From contig JACPIK010000002.1 in NCBI GenBank assembly GCA_016188115.1, positions 680,077 through 744,076 on the forward strand: a DNA stretch of 64,000 bases. The letters run 5' to 3'. The position numbers and the translations under genes were made by a program. Shown here in pieces: positions 1 to 10,200 of this stretch. The stretch's first letter is position 1, and each line of letters begins with the position of its first letter. The stretch comes from Candidatus Woesearchaeota archaeon (GTDB lineage Archaea; Nanobdellota; Nanobdellia; Woesearchaeales; GW2011-AR9). The notes under the pieces were generated by a model. That model saw only the letters and a list, made by a program, of their open reading frames with translations. It was not told the DNA's origin and ran no database searches.

Positions 1-92
1 TTTTCCCGTAGGAGGGAAGAACTTTTAGTTTACTACTTGTTAGTGGTTAATTGTGGAAAGATTTAAATAATACTAATAATAATTATTAGCCT

Positions 93-236
93 ATGAAACA
101 AGTCTTCACCTGCTCGCTTGACGAACAAACAGTAGAAAAATTACGCACATTCACACGCAGTAGTTCGTTTCGCAATAAAAGTCATGTGGTTGAGCAAGCA
201 CTTCTTAAATTCTTAAAAGATGAGGGGGAGAAATGA
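93..236 (+). CDS. Small ribbon-helix-helix (CopG/Arc/MetJ-like) DNA-binding protein, 47 codons, absent from the ORF track
   Basis: Hand translation from the ATG at 93 gives MKQVFTCSLDEQTVEKLRTFTRSSSFRNKSHVVEQALLKFLKDEGEK. This has the beta-strand, helix, helix pattern of RHH antitoxin/repressor proteins. Its TGA stop at 234-236 overlaps the ATG of the downstream kinase gene (ATGA), so the two are translationally coupled. Confidence 0.45.
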   Translation: MKQVFTCSLDEQTVEKLRTFTRSSSFRNKSHVVEQALLKFLKDEGEK

Positions 237-2491
237 GTCAAAATCCACCTGATTTGGAGAGTATCATAGGAAATGTAACTCAAGTTATACAAGATCACAC
301 CCTATCAAAGCGTAGGACACGTCCAGATTACAATAGTCTCAAAACCGTTGAAGATTGGATTGAGGAAAAAGAAAAGCATCCTGAATGGGCTGGTCTTTCA
401 GCATGGCAAGTCATTAAATTAGGAGGAAATGTCTTTTACAAAGAATTTCAAAAATGGAATAAAAGTAACACAAGCGATACCTCACAGCGCGAAGTTAATT
501 ATAATTCTATATTTAGCCGACAAAGAGAACGCTATGAAAATCTAAGAACGGTCGATGAGTGGATTGAATTTCGTAATAAAAATCACCCCGAATGGAAAGG
601 ACGTACTCGCAACGAAATGGAGGAATCACCTGATTCTAACTCATTTTGGACCAACTATCGTAAATGGACAAGACGTACTGCCCGAACTAAAGAAGAAAAA
701 GAGCAGTTCTTGCAAGTAATGGCATTAAGAACCAGAAATGACTACTCTAGTTTAACCACTATTACTGACTGGAAAAAACTCTACAATGAAAATCCGCACT
801 GGCACAAAATGAGCACCCCAGAACTTCTCAACGATAAGCAAGGAGGAGGTGCTTCATTTTATTCTTCATTTAATTTTTGGATAAGCTCTCAAACCTCTGA
901 CGAAAAAGAAAGAAAAAGAATCCGTCGCAGAGTAATATCATACAACCTTCGAGATTGGTCAGGTTTTGAATCTATTGGCGACTGGATCAATACCTATCTT
1001 AGAACTAATTCTTGGCATGATATGGATTCTACCCATTTAGGTACAGATGAAAAAGGAGAAGGCAAATATTTCTACCATAATTTCAAAAAATTTCTCCAAA
1101 AAGAATATACTACTCAGCGAAAAAGAACACAAGCACGCGCCGTCCTCGACATCAATCTTCCCCCCTACCAATGGGACGCGGTACAAGCAATCAGAGAAGA
1201 ACGTACCCTTGAAGATATCATTGGTGTTGATCGCACTGAAACACGCGAAGCTGTAACTGCAATGAATGCCCTTAAACTTGTTCAAAATCAATGGGGTGAT
1301 TATCTTGATCGTGATAAGTATGCAGGTTTAATTCGAGAGATTTTTAATGATTCAATGTCACTTGAGCACCACGTAGGAAGCGACAGTAAAAGAGTAGAAG
1401 CATATCTACAAGCAGCAGATTTAGAAAAAGTATCAATCACTGAACAAATAGTAGATCCTAGCTCTAAAAATCCCAATGTTCGCATAAGTCTCTATCTAGG
1501 TACAGATCCACAAAGCGGGTCAGATCAAACCATTGAAGCCTTCGTGAAATTCTTTTCAGATAAGCAAGAACGTGATACTGAACTAACATTAACAAACTGG
1601 TTCGCGCAATATTCACAGGTGAAAACCGTTGGACAAGCGCGAGCAACCAAAGTAACAGCAAGAATAGAGAAAAATAATGACCAAACAGAAACATATGACA
1701 CACTAACCATCTGTGCAATTGAAGATAAGACAGGAGAAAATGCATCCTACGTATTAGTAACGCCATTTGCAAATTTACGAACAACGGCTCAAGAACTACA
1801 GGGAAGGGCAGGCCAGAGAGTACTGGACATGATCACCAATGCAGTGTATGAATTTCATCAAACTCCTGCACCCAGCCATAACACCGAAGAAGTTGTTTCC
1901 ACAAGGATGAGATTCGTCCCTTATAGTGAAAGTGCAAGACAAGAAATTGCTAATGAGAATACTTCGCTTTACCAACAAATGCAACGAATGGGCATTATGA
2001 AAAAATTAGACAGATATGCTACTCAACACCAGGCTTTAATTCATGGTGATTGTCACACAAAAAATCTCTTGCTTAATGAAGATAATGAAATCGTATTTGC
2101 TGACCTAGAGAGGACACGAAGGGGAATACCCCAACAAGATATTACCAAATATCTAGGAGCCCGCTCTCACAAATTAAGCACTCAAGAACAACAACGACAA
2201 CTTGATCGCTATATTGCATTATCAGGCATAACAGACCAGCAACAAGGTGCAGAGTTTAAGAGAATATATGATGTTGTAACCGTGTATGAAGAGTTGCGTG
2301 TTTGTCGACATATTGTTGATCGCCCCTCAACATTCCAAACAATAGAAGCATGGCAAGAAAGTTTTGAATATCATTTAGACAGAGCTTTGGATCATGCAAG
2401 AAAAGCCTATTCTGCTACGCAAGTTGAAGCTCTCGAGAAAGCTGCAAGAAAAACTTTAGTAGCTCCACACGCCATACAAAACGCAGTTTAA
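233..2491 (+). CDS. Protein-kinase-like (APH/HipA/CtkA superfamily) protein with four N-terminal ~45-aa tandem repeats
   Basis: The C-terminal half carries a catalytic-loop motif IHGDCHTKNLLL (HGDxxxxN, also DxHxKN) followed by FADLE (DFG-like). The N-terminal ~300 aa hold four degenerate repeats (..L.TV.DWI....HPEW....FY..F.KW). Confidence 0.6.
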   Translation: MSQNPPDLESIIGNVTQVIQDHTLSKRRTRPDYNSLKTVEDWIEEKEKHPEWAGLSAWQVIKLGGNVFYKEFQKWNKSNTSDTSQREVNYNSIFSRQRERYENLRTVDEWIEFRNKNHPEWKGRTRNEMEESPDSNSFWTNYRKWTRRTARTKEEKEQFLQVMALRTRNDYSSLTTITDWKKLYNENPHWHKMSTPELLNDKQGGGASFYSSFNFWISSQTSDEKERKRIRRRVISYNLRDWSGFESIGDWINTYLRTNSWHDMDSTHLGTDEKGEGKYFYHNFKKFLQKEYTTQRKRTQARAVLDINLPPYQWDAVQAIREERTLEDIIGVDRTETREAVTAMNALKLVQNQWGDYLDRDKYAGLIREIFNDSMSLEHHVGSDSKRVEAYLQAADLEKVSITEQIVDPSSKNPNVRISLYLGTDPQSGSDQTIEAFVKFFSDKQERDTELTLTNWFAQYSQVKTVGQARATKVTARIEKNNDQTETYDTLTICAIEDKTGENASYVLVTPFANLRTTAQELQGRAGQRVLDMITNAVYEFHQTPAPSHNTEEVVSTRMRFVPYSESARQEIANENTSLYQQMQRMGIMKKLDRYATQHQALIHGDCHTKNLLLNEDNEIVFADLERTRRGIPQQDITKYLGARSHKLSTQEQQRQLDRYIALSGITDQQQGAEFKRIYDVVTVYEELRVCRHIVDRPSTFQTIEAWQESFEYHLDRALDHARKAYSATQVEALEKAARKTLVAPHAIQNAV

Positions 2492-3396
2492 AGATACACC
2501 GCATAAAACGGCCCAACAATATCTTGACAGCGCCTCATCATTTTTGCGCAACGCAGGACGACATGATGATCTATTTTAGGATCTTTAAGTAAAGCTAGCA
2601 ACTCTTTATTCATAAAATGGTCTTTACGTTTTGCAAACATTTCTAAGTAGGAAATGTCTTTTTTGAAATAAGAACTAAAAAGTTCGTCAACAGTTTGAAA
2701 AATTGAAGTTACTATTGCCCTTGTTTTCTCAGATGATTTGATAGAAGAACTCTCAAGATAATGATATAAATAATCTACCTCGTTAGAAATCTTCTCAAGG
2801 TCGCGTACGATAAGATATTCAAAGATGCAAGTATCGCGAAAGCGTAAATTTTTGTTGAAAATCCGTTTAACATAGTCTGCATACCGAGTAATAATCTCGC
2901 GATATTCATGGACCTCATTGCCTCGCTTAAACGAATTTGTTACTAAATCTTCACCAATCTTACGCATATTTTCTTTTAACAAGTAGAAGCTTTTTTTGAA
3001 AAGTAATTCATATTCACTCTCCATCTCGACTGAAATATTTCGAAGCGTGCATTTTTTATCAGCAACATCCACAACCTCAAACCCAATGAGATTACGAGTT
3101 AGATTCTCAATTTCTTTAAATATAGAATGATCCTCAAAATGAACCTGGATTATATCATATCCCTTTTTGTACGCATTACTCAACTTTATTTTCATTAAAT
3201 GAATCGGCATTGAGCGCGATAGCGTGAGAGTAATCTCATTGCGACGTAACGCACCTTTGCCAGCCACCACCAACCGATTTTCCTCTTCTTCTATTTCAAT
3301 TACATCTCCTGCTTGGAGATTATGTTCTTGAAGCCATTTAGCAGGCAGAGTAACCGTAAGTGCATTATTTCCCTGTTTGACAAGTTTACGTTGCAT
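2488..3396 (-). CDS. AbrB/SpoVT-domain plus PhoU-like regulator
   Basis: The N-terminus VKQGNNALTVTLPAKWLQEHNLQAGDVIEIE is a swapped-hairpin AbrB/MazE-type domain. The long helical C-terminal domain resembles archaeal PhoU-homolog regulators. It is convergent with the kinase gene, and the two stop codons overlap at a TTAA. Confidence 0.55.
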   Translation of the reverse strand: MQRKLVKQGNNALTVTLPAKWLQEHNLQAGDVIEIEEEENRLVVAGKGALRRNEITLTLSRSMPIHLMKIKLSNAYKKGYDIIQVHFEDHSIFKEIENLTRNLIGFEVVDVADKKCTLRNISVEMESEYELLFKKSFYLLKENMRKIGEDLVTNSFKRGNEVHEYREIITRYADYVKRIFNKNLRFRDTCIFEYLIVRDLEKISNEVDYLYHYLESSSIKSSEKTRAIVTSIFQTVDELFSSYFKKDISYLEMFAKRKDHFMNKELLALLKDPKIDHHVVLRCAKMMRRCQDIVGPFYAVYL

Positions 3397-3515
3397 GTAG
3401 AGTAAAATAAGAATGGTATTTTTAAAATTTTCTATAAGTTATATAACTTCTATAAATTAAATATAATAAAAAGTAGTGTTGTCACTTGTTAATTACAATT
3501 AAGTGAGGGACAACC

Positions 3516-4370
3516 ATGAAACAAACACTTTATTCAACTTTAACTGCATTGACGCTAGCTGCGTGTGGTGGAACGGCACCAGGGGTTAATCAATCTGAGA
3601 CCATTAATGACACCCAACGTCAAGAAGCAATCGCATCGCTTCAAAAACGTGGAGTTACAATCGATGAAACATTATCCTGCGGCCCTTTCACAAATGGTTT
3701 TGGAGAAAATCCACAACCAGAAGGCAATGCTCAGTTCAAAGCTACTAGCTCTTATTTTAAAGATAAAGGAGAGAACCTACTCCGAACTCAAAGTTATAAC
3801 GCATTTAAGATTTCACTTACTCAGGATAGAGCAGGAAAATACCATGCCCATGAAATAGGAAATACAAAAACTGAACGAGGCCTGGATTCATTTGCGCGAT
3901 TTGTCTGCTATGTTTCTAGTAAGCCCAGTTACACTAAAGAGATTGAAGGCAAAGAACTCGAAGATGGAAAACGTGAAGATGGAAAAGCAACCTATGGTCG
4001 TCTTGTAAGAGAAATGGATCAAAAGTTTAGTGCTGCAGTTGAAGAATCCGATAGACGTTTTGACGAAGCAGTGAGAGAATCAGACCGCAGATTTGATGAC
4101 ACCCTACGCAGAAGTAATGAGCGTTTTGATGAATTAAGAGAGAAAAACCGCCAAAGATTTGAGGACACAGTTAAGCGAAATAGAGAGCGATTTAACGAAA
4201 CAAGAAGCCAATTTGACGAAGAAGTAGAAGCTACGAGTGATGATTCTAAGTGTAATAAACAATACCTAGCTGATCTTGCAGTGTGTGAAAGATCACTCTA
4301 CGAAGACCACAAAAAACAATGCGCAGACCGAGCACTTCGAGAAGCTAATTGGTGCAAAGAATTTGAATAA
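3516..4370 (+). CDS. Secreted lipoprotein-like protein with internal RFDE coiled repeats
   Basis: Signal peptide MKQTLYSTLTALTLAACGG with a lipobox-like LAAC. The C-terminal half contains 11-aa repeats (ESDRRFDEAVR, ESDRRFDDTLR, SNERFDELREK, NRQRFEDTVKR, NRERFNETRSQ). Confidence 0.5.
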   Translation: MKQTLYSTLTALTLAACGGTAPGVNQSETINDTQRQEAIASLQKRGVTIDETLSCGPFTNGFGENPQPEGNAQFKATSSYFKDKGENLLRTQSYNAFKISLTQDRAGKYHAHEIGNTKTERGLDSFARFVCYVSSKPSYTKEIEGKELEDGKREDGKATYGRLVREMDQKFSAAVEESDRRFDEAVRESDRRFDDTLRRSNERFDELREKNRQRFEDTVKRNRERFNETRSQFDEEVEATSDDSKCNKQYLADLAVCERSLYEDHKKQCADRALREANWCKEFE

Positions 4371-4388
4371 TCATCGAGGAAATAAAAA

Positions 4389-5246
4389 ATGAAACAAACA
4401 TTAACTGGATTAACATTAATCGTTGCAGGTTGCGGATCACAAAATCCCTACCAGCGATTTGAACAAGCAGATATACCAAAATCAACACCACAAATCACAA
4501 ACCAAGATCTTGCTGACAATTGGAAACAGACGACCACTGTGTATGAAGATGGAACTACTCAAATCTCTGCAACAAGAGAAAATGAAGACGGTTCATTTAA
4601 TTTTTCATCTCGTCAAAATGAAAATTCAAGAGGACCAAAGTATGATGGAATTCTCGACAATCTTAGTCCACAGCTAATAGGAGAAAGTTATGTTGCAGAT
4701 CCCCTTGCACGAAACGATTTTATTCAAGTGCTCGCACATCAAACTGGGTACCTTCCCAAAGCACGATCCTTTGAAATTAGTGCTAATGGAAAAGAAGTCA
4801 AATGTAATGAATCTCAAAGCGGTTTCTACATCCCATTTAAAATTTTAGAGGAAAACAAAGAACGAGCTGAATCACTGGCTAGTGAAATTGATTTCAATAA
4901 TGACCATGTACTTACACGGTGGGAGATTTGGGATTATGGACGTAGAGAAATGGAAGTTTGGTGCCCACTTCCAACGGGAGTAACACCAGAAACAGTTGCA
5001 AAAGAGTTTGAACAAAACATTGCTTTTAACCAAGAAAAGGACTCTTATCGCGTTGTAGTATGTGATGAAAATAGATTTGTTTCACAAGCCGTTCTTGATT
5101 ACAAAGCACAACTCTTCTTTTCACAAGAAAGGGGAACGGGGGATCCTATTAAAGACAGTAGCAAATGGCAAGGATCAAGCCGAGTAGATCTTCGTCGTTT
5201 TGATGACAAAGCTTGTGCAGTGTACGAAGTGCGATTACTCGATTAA
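4389..5246 (+). CDS. Secreted lipoprotein-like protein (N-terminus paralogous to the previous gene)
   Basis: Signal peptide MKQTLTGLTLIVAGCGS with lipobox VAGC. The N-terminus MKQTL matches the upstream gene, suggesting a tandem duplicate. Confidence 0.5.
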   Translation: MKQTLTGLTLIVAGCGSQNPYQRFEQADIPKSTPQITNQDLADNWKQTTTVYEDGTTQISATRENEDGSFNFSSRQNENSRGPKYDGILDNLSPQLIGESYVADPLARNDFIQVLAHQTGYLPKARSFEISANGKEVKCNESQSGFYIPFKILEENKERAESLASEIDFNNDHVLTRWEIWDYGRREMEVWCPLPTGVTPETVAKEFEQNIAFNQEKDSYRVVVCDENRFVSQAVLDYKAQLFFSQERGTGDPIKDSSKWQGSSRVDLRRFDDKACAVYEVRLLD

Positions 5247-5405
5247 AACAAATCAATGCTTACTCCAGAGATAGTAGAGAAGCTACGGTAGATAGACCCT
5301 AAATCAATGGCAAGAAAGCCGAGATCAAAAAAATCAACACTTGAAGGAAGGTGCGAGTAAGAATTAACAGAATGATCAACCATCGGAGCTATAATAAAAA
5401 TCACC

Positions 5406-6101
5406 ATGAAAGAAAATGAATTACAGGAAGCATTAGACAGAAAAATTGCCCAATATTATCGTAATGATAAACTGATAAGCTTAGCTATTATTGCTTTTGG
5501 TGTAGCTAGTGCGGGAACTGTTGCGTATTATGGTCAGGAGGTTTATTTTAAAACATTTCCCGATTCACCATCAAGTGCCCCAACTCTAACAGATCCCAAT
5601 CCAAATGTGGCACAACTGATACACTCGTCTGCCCCTTATTCAGCGACCACACTAATTTCAACCCCGCCTATTTTAAGAGAAGTTAATTCACAACCAAAAA
5701 GAACAAGTAAACCTGCAGCAAAAGAAAAAAGTCATTACCAACCAAAACCCCAGATATTATATTATTCTACACCCAATGTGACTGGATCAAAATTAGAAGG
5801 ATTGATTGGACAACCCAAACCAACCGTTGTTGATTTTTACGCTAGTTGGTGCGGACCTTGTAAACTTCTCGAACCAGTCTTTAATCAAGTAGCAACCCAA
5901 TACAAAGAACAAGCAACATTTGTACGCATTAACATAGATACAGAAAATGCAGCCGCTATAAAATACGGTGCAACAAAAATTCCCCTTGTTATCGTATTTC
6001 AAAACGGAACAGAGGATTCAAGATTTAATGGCTATTCTCCCAATGGAACTATGAATCAAATCTGGATGAAAGACACATTAGATAGATTACTAGCAAAATA
6101 A
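5406..6101 (+). CDS. Membrane-anchored thioredoxin-domain protein
   Basis: WCGPCK active-site motif in a thioredoxin fold (VVDFYASWCGPCKLLEP). It has an N-terminal TM helix (LISLAIIAFGVASAGTVAYY) and a Pro/Ser-rich linker. Confidence 0.75.
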   Translation: MKENELQEALDRKIAQYYRNDKLISLAIIAFGVASAGTVAYYGQEVYFKTFPDSPSSAPTLTDPNPNVAQLIHSSAPYSATTLISTPPILREVNSQPKRTSKPAAKEKSHYQPKPQILYYSTPNVTGSKLEGLIGQPKPTVVDFYASWCGPCKLLEPVFNQVATQYKEQATFVRINIDTENAAAIKYGATKIPLVIVFQNGTEDSRFNGYSPNGTMNQIWMKDTLDRLLAK

Positions 6102-6121
6102 TTAAACAATAAATCAAAATT

Positions 6122-6535
6122 CTACTCTTCCTCTTTAGCCTGTTTCTTCGCTGCTTTCTTCGCTTTCGCAGCCAACCGTTTCGCCCGCATAGAAATATCC
6201 GTATCAATCGTGATCTCGACAGGTTTTTCTTCTTTTACAGGTTTCTCAACTTTCGGTTTTTTCATATCTTCAACAGCTTTAAGAAATGCATTTCTTTGAT
6301 TCTCAGTCAAAGAACCAAAGCGGATATACGCTTCTTTGATATTACGTAAAAATTGAGATTTTTCATAGAAATCAGCAGGGATATCAAAGAATTTTTTAAA
6401 CACAGGATCTTCAATTTCTTGATTTATCCGCTTCATCTGACACGTTGAACAGATTGGAAATTGACGCATGGAGTACATTAACACTTGATTTGTTTTACAA
6501 ATCGCGCATTTCTGTTTAAATTTCGCATACACCAT
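6122..6535 (-). CDS. Hypothetical zinc-ribbon protein with a Lys/Ala-rich C-terminal tail
   Basis: CAICKTN...CSTCQ pair of CxxC motifs. The C-terminus is AKRLAAKAKKAAKKQAKEEE. The start is probably MVYAKFKQKC at 6535, downstream of the first ATG of the track ORF. Confidence 0.35.
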   Translation of the reverse strand: MVYAKFKQKCAICKTNQVLMYSMRQFPICSTCQMKRINQEIEDPVFKKFFDIPADFYEKSQFLRNIKEAYIRFGSLTENQRNAFLKAVEDMKKPKVEKPVKEEKPVEITIDTDISMRAKRLAAKAKKAAKKQAKEEE

Positions 6536-6707
6536 GTGTATTTCAAAGACCAAAGCCTTTATAAGTTTAGCTAAATAATATATCAAGAAAATTTATTAAT
6601 ATTTAAAGAATAAAATTAATATAAATAGAAAGAATGACAACAAATATAGATTTTTATCAACAAAAGAAGAATATTTAAAAACAAAAAGAGAATATTACCT
6701 ACTACGC

Positions 6708-7226
6708 ATGCCTCTTTTAGCGAATCAAAGCCCCATTGTACTTCTTGAACCCCACCATGAAAAAGATCTTCTTAGAGAATTATTACGCCGGTTACAAGAA
6801 AAAAATTCTCTTAAATTTGAAGAATTAATCACCTTGTATACCCAAACATCCCCTCAAAAAACGATCCCCTGTTCAATATTTAATTACAATCTTCATCCCG
6901 CAGAAGCTCTCTGTAAATATCTTAAAGAAAACCAACATCTTACATTCCAACAAATCGCCCTTCTTCTAAATCGAAATCAAAAAAGTATGTGGGCTACCTA
7001 CCAACGAGCAATAAAACATCGCAAACAACCTTTTCCTCTCAAAGAAGAAACATTTATCATACCTTTAACTCTCTTTTCATCTAGAAAAAAGAGCGTGTTT
7101 GAAAATGTGGTTTTATATCTTACAACAACCTATCAGCTTTCAATTCCTGCAATAGCCCAGTTGCTTCAAAGTACCCCTGCATCTATACAAGTAATATTAA
7201 CACGGGCGAGACAAAAACATGACTAG
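6708..7226 (+). CDS. Putative DNA-binding protein with two sigma-70-region-4-like HTH motifs
   Basis: LTFQQIALLLNRNQKSMWATYQRAIK and LSIPAIAQLLQSTPASIQVILTRARQK both resemble HTH (sigma-70 region 4 / LuxR-like). The stop overlaps the start of the 1531-aa gene. Confidence 0.4.
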   Translation: MPLLANQSPIVLLEPHHEKDLLRELLRRLQEKNSLKFEELITLYTQTSPQKTIPCSIFNYNLHPAEALCKYLKENQHLTFQQIALLLNRNQKSMWATYQRAIKHRKQPFPLKEETFIIPLTLFSSRKKSVFENVVLYLTTTYQLSIPAIAQLLQSTPASIQVILTRARQKHD

Positions 7227-10200
7227 CGACCCTTGGCAATCGCGACAACGTCGCGTGGAAAAAGAACTAGAAAAAAACAACCTGCCTCAGACTATAAGAA
7301 GCAACACTCCTCGCTATGAAGTGATAGTAGAATCACCACAACCTAAACAAAAGACAAAAAAAGCCCCCCGACAAATCGCATGGAAAGCAGTTGCGCTCTT
7401 AATCATTATTTTCAGTATCAGTTTCCTATTTGTAACACAAACACCCTCTTCACAAAACACACAAAGTATCACTGGTGCAGCCATAACAAATGTAGACACT
7501 ACGGTCAAAACACCAACCTCAAACTTAACAACAGCACCAATCCCAGAAGAACAATATACCAGCAGTGGTATTGGGAGTCAGAACCCTTACCGCACATTAG
7601 GTAGTATCACCAACCCTAGTTTTGAAGACGCCATAACTACAGAATGGGTATATTCAGAAACTGACACAGAATTTACAGGAGGACGTGTCGCACCCACCAA
7701 TTACGTTCCAACACAAGGATCATATGTATATCTTTTAGGACAAGACACTTCAACTGGAGCAGGCGGTAGCCCCGTCCTTAATATTGTCCCTGGAGTCTAT
7801 TCACAAGTTTTGCAAACCATTGATCTCACTGACGTAACAGACATAAAGTTTGATACAAAATATATTGATTACTATGGCATATCCAGTTATTTCAACATTA
7901 GTGCATTTATTGATTCGACGCTAGTCTGGTCCAGATTGAGTATCGACTACCAAGCAGAGAATATTACATTGGATACCTCTACATATTCTGGCAGCCACGA
8001 TCTTAAATTTAGGCTTACAGGATTATTTACAGGAGCAATTTACGAACCAGCCTGGTTTATTGATAACATTAGATTAAATCAAACGGTTACGTATCTCATT
8101 ACTAATTATAATCTTACTCCTTCAATCGCATATTTTGACACACCTTTGATTGCGCAAGCAACATATAGCAGTAACGCAACAGGAAATGTTTCCTTTCGCT
8201 GGTCAATAAATGGACAAAATAAGTTTAACTTAACAAATCTCTCCGTAAATCCAAATTCTTATATTACTAATACCCTACAGCCAGGAAATTTTACAACAGG
8301 AGACTCAATTTCACTTTCAATTACAGGACAAAATGCAACAGATTCTTCCACTACCTCTCCTCTTACACTCACCATTTCAAGCTACACCCCAAATCTTACA
8401 TCCGTTCTCTTAAATACAACCCACAACACATATAGTGATAATGACAACTTAACATTATATCTAAACTCTTCGAGTCAGCAAGGGTTTACACTTCATAATA
8501 TTATTAATTGGTACAAAAATAATGTGCCATTATTAGTAGTAAATATGCCATTTGAACGAGTAAATGGCACTAACACCAACAATGCATATGACTATTCTAT
8601 ATACGCGCATAACGGCTCGGAAAATGGAGGTGTTGTCTGGAATCGCACCATTGGATATGGTACAACAGGCGCCTATATCTTTGATGGAGCAAACGATTAC
8701 CTTCAGATTGAACAAGTCCCCCAAATAACAAAAAATTTTAGTGTTGAATATTGGGTAATGCGAAATGGAACACGACATGAAGCGTTTGCATTCACAAACG
8801 ACGGTTCCCAAAATAAAGATGACCCCTTTAGTTGGGATGGAAACCAGATAAATATTGGAGATGGACTTAATCATGAAATAAAAACAGTCACTCTTGCCGC
8901 AGATACTAATGTTTGGACACATATTATTTTTACAGTTGATGGATCAAACAAAATATTGCGCCAATATAAGAATGGCACGCTAGTAGATGATCTTTCATTA
9001 ACATATACCCCTAGTTCATTTCCAAATAAATTTCTTCGTATAGGACGAGGCGGATTTGCCGAAATTTACACAGAATATTTTCAAGGAGCAATTGATAATT
9101 TTCGCGTTTACAACCGCACACTTACACCAGACCAAGTAAAACTACTTTATCAAAATCAAACCGATGTTATTGTACAAAATGAAACCTATCTCGGCGAAAC
9201 CTGGAAAGCCTGCGTAACAATCCATGATACCTTCGAATCTTCAAATAGCACTTGCAGTAATTCTATCACATTTGGTGATAACCACATACCCACTCAATTT
9301 CAACCAATTATTCAGTCACTCGATGCAACTACTTCAACATCTACTGATCTTGCATGTTACAATCAATCTACAACGGATTTTGAAAATGACCCTGTCAAAA
9401 ACATTTACAATTGGAAAGTCAACGATAAATCAATCGCTGTTCTCAACATGCCATTTGAAAATTACTCTTTAACTTACAGCGGCGAAACAAAAGATTATTC
9501 TGGGTACAATAATAATGGAACCAATACCAGTGGAGCATTCTGGAATGCCACCGGTGGATTTGATGGCAAAGGGGCATATCGACTTGATGGCGTTGATGAT
9601 TATATTTCAATAAAAAATAATGCTAGTCTTAACTTCGTAACCAATTATAGTATCTCATTCTGGACCAAGAATGAGGTTAGCCCTGCTAATTTTGACACAA
9701 TCCTTGCTAAAACAAGTGGTACTGGGTGGAGTGATGGATATGGAATATATTATTCATCCAGCAGTCAAATAAATTTTTGGGTAAGTGCATATGGCAGTGC
9801 ATACGCGTACGCCACCATTACACCTACATTGTGGAACCATGTTGTTGGAACATACGATGGCTCCACAATCAGAATTTTCGTTAACGGTGTAGAAGGCACG
9901 CCAGGAACGCGAACAACGCCCGCAACCAACACCGCCGCGTTAGAGATTGGAAGAGGTGCAAGTAATAGTTATAACATTGATGGACACATAGATGAATTAC
10001 TCATTTTTAATCGTAGTCTTAGTACAGATGAAGTAAAACTTCTCTTTCAAAATAAAACCAACACTACCTCATTTCGAGAATTACAACAAGGCGAAACATG
10101 GGCTTGTGAAATAACCCCCAACGATGCTCATGGTGATGGACAAAATAAAACCAGTACTGCTGTAACCATCAGCGCTAATACTATCCCTACAGTAACAGTA

